IMG/VR virus record: IMGVR_UViG_3300012983_000030
Length of the DNA: 64,000 nucleotides
Strand: one strand, 5' to 3'
DNA from: a virus
Lineage: Duplodnaviria > Heunggongvirae > Uroviricota > Caudoviricetes
The notes beneath the pieces were generated by a model. That model had not been told where the DNA came from, did no database searches, and worked only from the letters and a program-made list of their open reading frames with translations. This document shows, piece by piece, positions 10,267-19,682 of this stretch (positions are counted from its first letter, which is position 1; each line of letters opens with the position of its first letter). The position numbers and the translations under genes were made by a program.

Positions 10267-10295
10267 ATTATATACTATAAATTATAAAAAGTAAA
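10267..10295 (-). promoter_or_regulatory. host sigma70-type promoter TTTACT-N17-TATAAT for the SAM-lyase-like genes
   Basis: Minus strand -35 at 10295-10290, -10 at 10272-10267, 17-nt spacer, ~30 nt above the ATG at 10235. Confidence 0.6.
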
Positions 10296-10302
10296 ACAAT
10301 TT

Positions 10303-11076
10303 TTATTTATTCCAAAAATCAGTGCTTAAATAATTATAAAGCCTTGACATAAAACGTTTTTTAGATTTATCATTTAGTTCATTGTAATATGATACAAAAT
10401 CTTCGTCGTTTTTCCATTCATTTTTTAAAAAATCTAATCTTTGTTCTGGAGTAAGGTCTTTTAAACCTTTTTTATATTTATTAAAAGATTTACTAACTAT
10501 TTTAGCTAACCATGCTAAATAATGAGCATTTTTTTCATGAGGTGAATTCCAATACCACTCTTCTTTTGGTTTTCCTATAAAAGAAGCAGCTGATTTTTGT
10601 AAAAATTGTTTATTTTTATCATCAAGAAAGTGTTGAAATTCATGAATAAATGTATTTTGACAATTACCTGTTCTTGCTAATTTCAAAAGAGATTCGCCTG
10701 TCAAATATATGGTATTTTCGTCACCAGTATAAGGATTTACTCCTCTTTTTGAAATGTATTTTTCTAAATCTAAAAGATTATATAAATTTATAACTATTGT
10801 AGGACCACTTCTCCAATAAATTCCATTGGAATCTGTATCTTCTTCGTCTTGATCTAAACTAAAATAAACTCGTAAATAACCAAATTTTGTAGTTAAGTCA
10901 ACAGCTACTTCATCATCTGAATCACAGTAATCTTTTTGAGGATCTAGTTGCTCAGACAACTTTTGTAAAACCTCTTCATATGTATCCAAAGCTAATAATA
11001 AATTTGCTCTGTCTGCATGAGCATCTTCTTTTATCTTTTTTAATTGATTTTCTACAATAATTCTAAACTTAGACAT
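10303..11076 (-). CDS. HExxH zinc metallopeptidase-like protein, candidate internal head protein
   Basis: FIHEFQH plus downstream SPHEKNA; N-terminal MSKFRIIVENQL..IKE leader. Confidence 0.6.
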   Translation of the reverse strand: MSKFRIIVENQLKKIKEDAHADRANLLLALDTYEEVLQKLSEQLDPQKDYCDSDDEVAVDLTTKFGYLRVYFSLDQDEEDTDSNGIYWRSGPTIVINLYNLLDLEKYISKRGVNPYTGDENTIYLTGESLLKLARTGNCQNTFIHEFQHFLDDKNKQFLQKSAASFIGKPKEEWYWNSPHEKNAHYLAWLAKIVSKSFNKYKKGLKDLTPEQRLDFLKNEWKNDEDFVSYYNELNDKSKKRFMSRLYNYLSTDFWNK

Positions 11077-11078
11077 AA

Positions 11079-11675
11079 CTACGCTCCATATGGATCACTA
11101 TCATTACCATAAATATCTTTACCAGCTGCTTTTTGCTTAAAATACTCTTCTCTATCATATTGCATAGATTCTGGAGCAGTTTTATATTCTTCATAAGATA
11201 AATTTGGATTAGCATACCATTTATTAAATTCATCTAAATTAAAAATTTCTATATACTTAAATCCGGCTTGCTTAGCTAATTCTCTTTTTAAAGGATCTAA
11301 TTCTGTCCAAGTATGAAGAATTTTTTTATAAAAATCACCAGGTTTACTTTTTAACCATTCTACATCTTTTTGATGTATAGGATTATTAGGTTCGAAAACA
11401 GATCTTCCATGTTTAATATGTTTGTTTATTTGTATAATCATATTTTCAGAAGGAACAAAAAAATCAATTTGAAAATGACGATGTGTTTCAGGATTTACAA
11501 ATCTGTCATCTGTAATTGACTTTTCTATATCTGGATATTTCTTTTTTAACAAATCATAGTAATATTCCTCGTCTTTTGAAATATTATATCCAGATTCTTT
11601 ATCAAATATTTTTTTATCTCCCTCTGATAAAGAATTATTTAATATATTTTCAACTAATTTACGAAACTTAGACAT
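11079..11675 (-). CDS. PD-(D/E)xK (DUF559/Vsr-like) nuclease-fold protein
   Basis: FQIDFFVP...IIQIN..HG and D..K...A...GFKYIEI; preferred start ATG 11675 gives MSKFRKLVENIL, matching the neighbour's leader. Confidence 0.55.
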   Translation of the reverse strand: MSKFRKLVENILNNSLSEGDKKIFDKESGYNISKDEEYYYDLLKKKYPDIEKSITDDRFVNPETHRHFQIDFFVPSENMIIQINKHIKHGRSVFEPNNPIHQKDVEWLKSKPGDFYKKILHTWTELDPLKRELAKQAGFKYIEIFNLDEFNKWYANPNLSYEEYKTAPESMQYDREEYFKQKAAGKDIYGNDSDPYGA

Positions 11676-11679
11676 ATTT

Positions 11680-13209
11680 TTATCCAAAATTCTTTAATTT
11701 TTGATATGGATTTGCACCATGATGTCTTGGTGCATCCGCTTGAGTATTACCTTCATATGGAACAAAAATTGAATAAGAAGTTGTAGAACGTCTAACATTA
11801 ACTTCTGGATCAAATTCTTTCAACAAAGTCAAAACAGCTCTATTAGTTTTAGAAGGATTATGTAATGCTAATAAATCTAAACCTTTATAGCGAGGATTTG
11901 TTTCTTGAATTTCTTTTAATATACTTTCAATTTGTGGATTAGTTAATTTTTTATATACTCCTGTATTCTTCGTTGCAGTACGTCTTGCCCATGTTTTAGG
12001 ATCTTTAGCCATATACCAAATATCTGGAGCATCTGTTTCTGTATTATATTCTTTACTTAACATAGACACTAATTCATTTGGAGTAATCTCTTCAGCTCTT
12101 GAACCTTTTTCAGTATTTTTTACCCAAGCTTTACCATCATTTATATCTATGATTTCGTATTCTTTTGGCTTTAAACCAATTTCTTTACCCCCTGGTACTT
12201 CATAAATATAACCTTGTCTAGAAAATTTTCTAGCCATTGCAGGACTAATGCCCCACATTTCTAAATAATGTTCAACTCTTTCTGTATTTCTAGGAGGAGT
12301 AGCTTCAGCGATAACTGATTCTTTATTGTCAGATTTTAATTTATATTCACCAGTATTCTTTAAAATTTGTATCCCATAATTAAATGGAAAACCTTTGATT
12401 TCTACTTCATCATATAATTTACGAATAGTAGCTAAAGATAAATTTTCTAACTCATCTTTATACGAATCTAAAAATTTTCTAGTTTTATTGCCTAATTCAA
12501 TATCACCTTTTATAGCTCTATCTTGCCATAATTCTGGAAAACCCATTTCTTCAGAATCTTTATAAATAACTTCATTTAAAAATGCATCATTATAACCATT
12601 ATGCATTATTTCATAAAACTGTTTAACTGGCATTGCGCGTTTTTCGCTTCTTTTTAAATAAGGAATTCCTTTATCAGTTCTGTCATAAAATACTTCTTTA
12701 TAATAAAGTTGTGTTTTATTTGCATCAAAACCTTCTTTATTGGCATTATCTATTCCCATTAATTGAATAACGTGTTTATTACCAGCATTATCAATAAATC
12801 TAAAAGGAGCTTTTGAATATTTACAATTTGGATGAACAGCTGCAGCTATAAAAGAATAAACTTCATCTGTTTTTGAATTACCTCTAGCCAAATCAACCCA
12901 AGCATCTTCAGCTTCTGTTTCACATAATATTTTATATTTAGATAATGCTTCATTTACTACTAATGACATAGATTTTCCAACATTAGTTGAAAATTCTTTT
13001 AGTTTAAAAATATGCTTAGATTCTACCATTTTTTCTAATTTATCCTTTGCTGTCATGACTTCAGGATTACGTTCAGCATATCCATCTTTCATTGATTCAA
13101 TATGTTTATTTAATTCTTTTAAAGCTAACTCTTCATCACCATCAAACTTACTAACTAAACCATCAATAATCTCTTTAGAAGACTTGTTTTCAAAATCTGA
13201 TTCTTTCAT
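11680..13209 (-). CDS. hypothetical protein (candidate internal head protein)
   Basis: 509-aa ORF in the head operon with multiple hydrophobic-x-E sites. Confidence 0.7.
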   Translation of the reverse strand: MKESDFENKSSKEIIDGLVSKFDGDEELALKELNKHIESMKDGYAERNPEVMTAKDKLEKMVESKHIFKLKEFSTNVGKSMSLVVNEALSKYKILCETEAEDAWVDLARGNSKTDEVYSFIAAAVHPNCKYSKAPFRFIDNAGNKHVIQLMGIDNANKEGFDANKTQLYYKEVFYDRTDKGIPYLKRSEKRAMPVKQFYEIMHNGYNDAFLNEVIYKDSEEMGFPELWQDRAIKGDIELGNKTRKFLDSYKDELENLSLATIRKLYDEVEIKGFPFNYGIQILKNTGEYKLKSDNKESVIAEATPPRNTERVEHYLEMWGISPAMARKFSRQGYIYEVPGGKEIGLKPKEYEIIDINDGKAWVKNTEKGSRAEEITPNELVSMLSKEYNTETDAPDIWYMAKDPKTWARRTATKNTGVYKKLTNPQIESILKEIQETNPRYKGLDLLALHNPSKTNRAVLTLLKEFDPEVNVRRSTTSYSIFVPYEGNTQADAPRHHGANPYQKLKNFG

Positions 13210-15473
13210 TATATAATATCCTCCAAAGATTCTACTGATAATTCTTCACTAATGCTTTCATAGTAAGCATCTTTTAATCTATTTAAAAACTCATTATTAC
13301 GTAATTCTTTAAAAAGAGAATTGCCTTTACCAAATTCGCCTTCGGTTGCCAAACTCTCTTTACGCATTTTTCCTAATTTTTTCCAAAGATTACCGATTAT
13401 GTTGGAATCTTTTGATTGTATAGCTTTTTCAATTTCATTTACAATATGATTATAACAAGTCATATCAGGATCAGCTATTTCACCTTCTAACTTTTCTGGT
13501 TTTTTAATCCATTCATCTTTTAATAGTGAATATATACCACCAGCAACTAAAGGAGTATTAATGTTTTCGCAACCAACTTCTACTTTTAAACCTTTAATTG
13601 TAATATCATATTTTGAATTAAATACTTTTTTTGCAATTTTTAAATATTGTTCTAAAATTTCACTATTAATTCCAACATTTTCAAAATCAAAAACTAAATG
13701 TAAATCAATATCACTATGCTCATTGTAATTATAATTTGCATTACTTCCAGTAAAATAAATATCTACTGGTGCAAATAGCACTTCTAAAGACTCTTCAAAA
13801 GTTTTTGCTATTTTCAACATAGCTTCTTTTATATCTGATTTTAATTTGTCATTTTCAAATAATTCAGGATTTAATTCTTTCTTAAATTCTGTTTCTGATA
13901 AAGTACCACCTGAAGATGTTTTATGTGGTGAAATACCAAATGAATCTATTTTGGCTTGTGTAATTCCTGAATTTACCGCAGATTCTTTTTTATTTAAAGT
14001 TAAAGTTTTACCAGTTCTTTGTAAATCACGTACTTTATCTAACTTCTTTTGAGCATTTAATCTTCTTTGCACTCTATTTAAGAAGTTTCCTTCCATATCT
14101 CCCTGATTTCTAGTATTTGCAGGTTGAACTGGATTATTTGCTAAAAATTCATCTTCAGCTTTATTTATTATATTTTGTCTATCTACTTCATCATCTAAGC
14201 TTTTTTCTAAGAAATAACGTACTTTATACAATCTTTGTAATTCAGCATCATCGTTATTTCCATATAATCTATCACGATGTTGAATTTCTCTAATTTTATT
14301 ATCTAAAGATAACAGTGCTTGATTGATAGACTGAATATAATTTCTATCACTAGTATAAGATATTATTTCATCACGTTGTTGTACTAATCTTCCTACTAAA
14401 TCGGCATTTGCTTGATTTTTAGTAATTTCTTTATTTAAATAATCAACAGCAGCTTTTTGATTTGGAGAAAGATATTTATTAAAATTACCAGAATTATATA
14501 CCGCTGACCAATATTTTAATTCTTCTTTTTCTTCTGGTGATAAATTATCTTTACTCTGTAAAGCTTTCATATTATTTTGAGCATTGGTTACCATTGTACG
14601 TCTAGCAGATTGAGGTCTAGAATTACCTTTTGTACCTTTTGTCGCCCATTCTGCTTTAATGTTTCCTTTTGCGATATAACGAATTGAATTTGGATCGTCT
14701 TCTTTTTGAATAATTATACCGTTATAACCTGTTTCAGCAGGAGCTGTATTATTACCAGCACCAAAGAAAAACATTTGATATAAAGTATCCCAAAATAATG
14801 GATTTTGATATTTTAAACCATCTTCTACATTAAAACGTAATGGCTTATTATAGATGATATCTTTTTCCATATTTATAGGTTTTTTATCAGAAATATATGT
14901 TTTTAATATATTCTGGTCTTTCAAATCCTTTGGATTATCTACAATATCATGAAAATCTTTAACTAAATATAACTTTACCTTAGATTCTGGAGGTATGTAT
15001 TCATCACCTTTTACATTACCTGTAAAATAAGGATGTAAATCTGATAAATCTTCAGTGATAACTGATTCATCCCAGCCTTTCTTTGCTGGACCTCTTGTAT
15101 TTGGGTTACCTTTTTGACGCTCTCTGTTTAAAGATGGAATATCATTTAATAATTTTACATAATAGTCAGATAACATATTATTTCCTCTCCATTTAGAAAA
15201 CGCAGTACTAAACATCATATACGCATCCAAATTACTCTTTGCGTTTTTTTCAATCCAATCAAATACAGAAGCTTCGAAAACTTTTCTACTAACTAAACCA
15301 CGTTTAGCCATCTTATCATAAAAATCTTTTTTATCGGTAAATAAACCAGAAACCACTTTAAACTGATTGGTTTCTGTATCTAATACAATACCTTTATATT
15401 TTTCGTAATTACCATCTTTAGCGTATTCTTTTAATGAATCGTCTTCAATTTCTTTAAACAATTTTATAGGCAT
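13209..15473 (-). CDS. large protein with C-terminal Pol-beta-type nucleotidyltransferase domain
   Basis: TGSNANYNY...SDIDLH and GEF..GN..FKELR motifs in the last ~230 aa. Confidence 0.75.
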   Translation of the reverse strand: MPIKLFKEIEDDSLKEYAKDGNYEKYKGIVLDTETNQFKVVSGLFTDKKDFYDKMAKRGLVSRKVFEASVFDWIEKNAKSNLDAYMMFSTAFSKWRGNNMLSDYYVKLLNDIPSLNRERQKGNPNTRGPAKKGWDESVITEDLSDLHPYFTGNVKGDEYIPPESKVKLYLVKDFHDIVDNPKDLKDQNILKTYISDKKPINMEKDIIYNKPLRFNVEDGLKYQNPLFWDTLYQMFFFGAGNNTAPAETGYNGIIIQKEDDPNSIRYIAKGNIKAEWATKGTKGNSRPQSARRTMVTNAQNNMKALQSKDNLSPEEKEELKYWSAVYNSGNFNKYLSPNQKAAVDYLNKEITKNQANADLVGRLVQQRDEIISYTSDRNYIQSINQALLSLDNKIREIQHRDRLYGNNDDAELQRLYKVRYFLEKSLDDEVDRQNIINKAEDEFLANNPVQPANTRNQGDMEGNFLNRVQRRLNAQKKLDKVRDLQRTGKTLTLNKKESAVNSGITQAKIDSFGISPHKTSSGGTLSETEFKKELNPELFENDKLKSDIKEAMLKIAKTFEESLEVLFAPVDIYFTGSNANYNYNEHSDIDLHLVFDFENVGINSEILEQYLKIAKKVFNSKYDITIKGLKVEVGCENINTPLVAGGIYSLLKDEWIKKPEKLEGEIADPDMTCYNHIVNEIEKAIQSKDSNIIGNLWKKLGKMRKESLATEGEFGKGNSLFKELRNNEFLNRLKDAYYESISEELSVESLEDII

Positions 15474-15561
15474 GAGTATATAATTCCAAATAAATTTTCA
15501 ATTTATTATTTAGAACTTTACAAAATATAGCTAAATCAATTTTAAGGACTGATAATATTAA

Positions 15562-15918
15562 CTAATTATTTAAGGCTTTTATTGTATCTGGTGAAACTTT
15601 TAAGATTGCTAGAATAAATGCTTTTATATCTGCAGTTAATCTATCTGTAAATAAGTTTTCTATTTTTGATAATTGGTCATAATCTTCTTCATTTAAATAA
15701 GGTTTTAGTTGTTGAACACTTATTGTATTTAATGATAATTCTCTTATTTTATTAACTGCTAAAAACTCTAATTTTGTTCTAGGTTTTTTCATAATATAAC
15801 CAAATACTTTATCCCAAGCTTTTGCTTCATCTTGAGATACTGTATTTGCTTTTATTTTTACATTAATTGATAAACTTGGAATTTTTCTATTATCACCAAA
15901 AATATCTATATTTGTCAT
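15562..15918 (-). CDS. hypothetical protein
   Basis: ORF in portal operon, with RBS. Confidence 0.7.
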   Translation of the reverse strand: MTNIDIFGDNRKIPSLSINVKIKANTVSQDEAKAWDKVFGYIMKKPRTKLEFLAVNKIRELSLNTISVQQLKPYLNEEDYDQLSKIENLFTDRLTADIKAFILAILKVSPDTIKALNN

Positions 15919-15923
15919 ATAAA

Positions 15924-16262
15924 TTAGACTCCTTTATATAAATTGTTTTCGTAATCTTCTACATTATCTAGCCAATCTTGTGCAGCAGCTGCAGTAAAAT
16001 ATTGACCAAAACTGTCTATAAAACGAATTTCTTTTTCTTTTATTATTTTTACTAAACTTTTATCAAAATCTATTAATAGTTTCTTTTCACTATTGATTTC
16101 ATCTAAAATCTTTTTGACTTTATCACCATCAAATTTTTGTATTAAAAGTTTTTCAAAAACGTAATAATTCATATATTCTTCAATTTGAGATTTCTTATTA
16201 TTTAAGTATATTAAATCCCATTTGCGCTGAACAATATATATACCTTGTAAATTATTCATCAT
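15924..16262 (-). CDS. hypothetical protein
   Basis: Overlaps the portal stop codon. Confidence 0.65.
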   Translation of the reverse strand: MMNNLQGIYIVQRKWDLIYLNNKKSQIEEYMNYYVFEKLLIQKFDGDKVKKILDEINSEKKLLIDFDKSLVKIIKEKEIRFIDSFGQYFTAAAAQDWLDNVEDYENNLYKGV

Positions 16263-18048
16263 CTACTTCTGTTTTTGTTAAACTGCTTTTAAGCAATGAT
16301 TCTTTTAAACTTCTATCTAATGTTGTTCTTTTTGTATTAACAAATTCCACTAATAATCTTTTTAAATCTGCTCTTTGATTTAAAAATTCTCTAGAAGTTA
16401 CTGAATATGTCACATGTTCTTCTAATTCTGGATTATCTTGTATCATACCAGGTTGTCTTATTTTTTGACCTATTAAGAATTTACCCAAATCTTCACCATT
16501 TGATAAAGTATTAATAGACACTTTTGAACAAATCAATGAAGCTAAATCAGTAGGCATACCAAGTTTGATTAAGAATTGAAATTTATTTACATCTGGCATT
16601 TCAGCATTTAATTCAAGAAAACTCTTCAATAAATCTGCAATATCTGAATATTTTTGAAGAATATCTGCTGGAATTTGAATAGGCTCATTTAATCCTACCT
16701 CTACTTCTAATTTACTTACATCATAACCAGCATGAGTTAATACATTTTCAACTAAGTTTAAAATACCGGTTAATAAAGCTTGCTTTAATGGAATTAATGT
16801 ACGACGTAATTTTAAGTCTTGTGCTTCTAAGGTTTGAGCTGTTGTGATTGTATCTTCACCAACTAAATAACCTTTAGGTAAACTAGAATTTCTTAAAATT
16901 TTATCTAAGAAATATTCAACGTCTTCAACTGAACTTAAATCAATATTAGATTCAATATGATCTACTTCAACTTTTTTACCATCATGCGACATCGGTAAAG
17001 TTAATATTGACATTGCACCAGGAATTTTACGTCCTGCTTTTGCACTACCTTGATCTGTAAAAATTGAATTTAAGTATTGACCTCTAAATTCATTCATATA
17101 GCCATATGCATCAACTAAATTTATGCCATTTGGTAATGGTACATAAAATACTAATCTTTGAATCTTAGATGCACGTGATAATGCTAGTAAACCTTCTAAT
17201 GAAGTTAACTGGTCGAATGCGGATCTCATTGACCAAAGCATTGATTTACCATAAGGTTCTGTAATTTCATCTGGAATAGAAAAATGTACAAATTGCCATG
17301 GTTGCCATGTTTTCTTTACATTCTTTGTAGATTGTATTTGATTAACATATGTAATATCTAAATCTGTTTCATAATTAATTGGATTATAAAACTCATCTGT
17401 ATTGACTTTAAAATATTTAGGATTTACAAAACTTATAATTAAATCTTCTAATACATCTATTTTATCAAAATCTATTTCAGTATCTTGCATCCAATTTTCT
17501 AAATAAGGATATTGCAAAATCATACCATAATTACCATATTTTGCAATTGAACGTGTTATATTAGCAAGACGTTGATAAATTTTATTTTTATAAAATATTT
17601 TTTCAATTAATTGTTGTGCTTTTTGATTGCTTATTCTTATTTTTAATGGATTATTTACAAATCCTTGTGCTAATACTTCTGCTACATATGTATCTAGCAT
17701 CAATCCAACTTCTGCTAAATTTTCATCCATCAAATCAAATGTTTTATAAGCAGATAACAAAGTATTATAATTGCCATTATAATATGTATAAGTGCTCATA
17801 AAATCATCATATAAGGAAAAATTACCATTTTTAATACCAGAATATTTCTGAGAAACAGGAATTGATATAAATTCACCGTTTTCTGTTTGACCAACAGTAA
17901 AATTATGCTTTTTTGCCAATCCTTTCAAGACATCGAAACTTATACCAGGATTAGATACAAATAACGTATCTGTTTCTTTATCGTGATATGAAGTTTCAAC
18001 AAAAGTTTTTGCAAATTTATGAAATACGCCGCTTGTCTTTTTCATCAT
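16252..18048 (-). CDS. portal protein (T4 gp20-like)
   Basis: QFVHF, PYGKSML..R..F.QL..LE...L.R...QRLVFYV and DVEYF..K....L.LPK.YL motifs. Confidence 0.88.
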   Translation of the reverse strand: MMKKTSGVFHKFAKTFVETSYHDKETDTLFVSNPGISFDVLKGLAKKHNFTVGQTENGEFISIPVSQKYSGIKNGNFSLYDDFMSTYTYYNGNYNTLLSAYKTFDLMDENLAEVGLMLDTYVAEVLAQGFVNNPLKIRISNQKAQQLIEKIFYKNKIYQRLANITRSIAKYGNYGMILQYPYLENWMQDTEIDFDKIDVLEDLIISFVNPKYFKVNTDEFYNPINYETDLDITYVNQIQSTKNVKKTWQPWQFVHFSIPDEITEPYGKSMLWSMRSAFDQLTSLEGLLALSRASKIQRLVFYVPLPNGINLVDAYGYMNEFRGQYLNSIFTDQGSAKAGRKIPGAMSILTLPMSHDGKKVEVDHIESNIDLSSVEDVEYFLDKILRNSSLPKGYLVGEDTITTAQTLEAQDLKLRRTLIPLKQALLTGILNLVENVLTHAGYDVSKLEVEVGLNEPIQIPADILQKYSDIADLLKSFLELNAEMPDVNKFQFLIKLGMPTDLASLICSKVSINTLSNGEDLGKFLIGQKIRQPGMIQDNPELEEHVTYSVTSREFLNQRADLKRLLVEFVNTKRTTLDRSLKESLLKSSLTKTEVDDE

Positions 18049-18054
18049 TTATTC

Positions 18055-18522
18055 CTATTTCCAAGAAAGATTTATGTAGATGTCAAATCTATTATTTGTT
18101 AACTTATCTACACATTCAATTTTACCTGATTTATACGCCAATACAACAAAACCTATTGAATAGTTTTCAGATAAAACTTGCTCTATTGGTTTTAAAATTT
18201 GTATTCCCTCAGAAGGAATACATTCAAAATCTGCCCATTTATTATAAATAAGACGTCCACTAATAAAATTTAATACTGGATACTCTTCTTGCCATTCATC
18301 TATCAAAGTTGTTTCAATTAAAATGCCAGTAGAAGTATCAGAAATCTTTTGTACTTCTAATACATCACCTCTACTAAAAGGTTTGTTACAAACAATTCTA
18401 GTTAATTTACTACGCATCCAAAATTCATAACTATGCTTATTATCTAAAACTGATTTATCACTAGCATAATATGAAATACAACGAAATGGTAAATTTAATT
18501 CAGCAAGATTAGTATTCTTCAT
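18055..18522 (-). CDS. hypothetical protein
   Basis: ORF with AAGGA RBS. Confidence 0.7.
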   Translation of the reverse strand: MKNTNLAELNLPFRCISYYASDKSVLDNKHSYEFWMRSKLTRIVCNKPFSRGDVLEVQKISDTSTGILIETTLIDEWQEEYPVLNFISGRLIYNKWADFECIPSEGIQILKPIEQVLSENYSIGFVVLAYKSGKIECVDKLTNNRFDIYINLSWK

Positions 18523-18535
18523 TATTTATCCTTTT

Positions 18536-18718
18536 TTATCCATTTAAAGATTGTCTTATTTTTACTTCACCTGATTCAGTTACTGATGTTACAACTTTTT
18601 TTGAAGCTTTAGCTTTTTCTAATAATTCATCTTCTGATAATTCATCAATTTTTGAATCCAATTCTTCTTCTAATACTTTTTTTGTAGATTCAGTAATCAT
18701 TACTTTAGAATTAGTCAT
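18536..18718 (-). CDS. small acidic hypothetical protein
   Basis: 60 aa, AAGGAG RBS. Confidence 0.7.
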   Translation of the reverse strand: MTNSKVMITESTKKVLEEELDSKIDELSEDELLEKAKASKKVVTSVTESGEVKIRQSLNG

Positions 18719-18731
18719 ATTAAACTCCTTT

Positions 18732-19187
18732 TTATCTATTAGCTAATCTAATTTGTATTGCGTTTGGATTTAATACTAAACGCTCATTTATTTTGACTTC
18801 TTCTGCAGGTACTAATGGTAATACTGCTATTAATTCATATTGAATTTCTTTATTTAAATCATCGGTTTGGTATGCATAATATAAACCAACCCATTTAATA
18901 GTTTCACCGTTTTCTGTCCAATTTACTTTAGCTTTATCCCATTCAATAGCTTTTATATTTCTTATAATGCCATCAGTAGGAGTAGAAAATTCAATTGGAT
19001 CTTTATTAATAGTAAATCCTTTAGATACTGGCTCTTTTGTAAAAGAAAATGTATTTTCATCAAATTCTATACCTAATCCTACATAAATAGTAGTATTTGT
19101 ATAATTTTCTGTAGGTAATCCAAAAGAATTATCTAATACATTTTCAATGAATTTTGGAGAAAGCATAAATCTTAATTCTGAACTCAT
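18732..19187 (-). CDS. virion structural protein, paralog of 19197-19649
   Basis: Shares IY(V/I)GLG, N...I.(W/F)..A..NWT, I...G and C-terminal P.AI...L motifs with its neighbour. Confidence 0.6.
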   Translation of the reverse strand: MSSELRFMLSPKFIENVLDNSFGLPTENYTNTTIYVGLGIEFDENTFSFTKEPVSKGFTINKDPIEFSTPTDGIIRNIKAIEWDKAKVNWTENGETIKWVGLYYAYQTDDLNKEIQYELIAVLPLVPAEEVKINERLVLNPNAIQIRLANR

Positions 19188-19196
19188 GATACTATC

Positions 19197-19649
19197 CTAT
19201 ATATCTGTTAAACTTAAGTTAATTGCACCAGGAGCTAAAACAATAGTTTCTCCTTTAAGAATTGTTTCAAAAGTAGGTAAACGCAAAACAACTAAAGGTT
19301 TTACTAATTCTTTATTTTTTTCAAAAGCAAGTGTATCAAAAACACCTATCATTTCAATTTTAGTAGTAGCATCTGTCCAATTTTCAGAAGCTGTATTAAA
19401 TACAATTTCATTTATATTAGAAATTACATTATTATCTGCTTTTCCAAAAATTACACGAGCTCTTTTATAATTACCAAGTGGTCTACCACCAAAAACTTCA
19501 CTAAAATCACTAGTATTTACCTGAGCACCTGTTTGAGTTAAACCTAAACCAATATAAATTTCTTTTTCTGTCAAATCCGGAGAAACCAATCCGAAATATT
19601 CAGACAAAAGCTTATTCATAAATTCGGTTTGTAAACCATAAATTGCCAT
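19197..19649 (-). CDS. virion structural (tail-associated) protein
   Basis: YxRxxV, ISN..EIVF..A..NW and GETIVL.PG.I pattern typical of small beta-sandwich tail proteins. Confidence 0.6.
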   Translation of the reverse strand: MAIYGLQTEFMNKLLSEYFGLVSPDLTEKEIYIGLGLTQTGAQVNTSDFSEVFGGRPLGNYKRARVIFGKADNNVISNINEIVFNTASENWTDATTKIEMIGVFDTLAFEKNKELVKPLVVLRLPTFETILKGETIVLAPGAINLSLTDI

Positions 19650-19682
19650 AAATCTATTTCCTTATTTTATATAATTCTCTTA

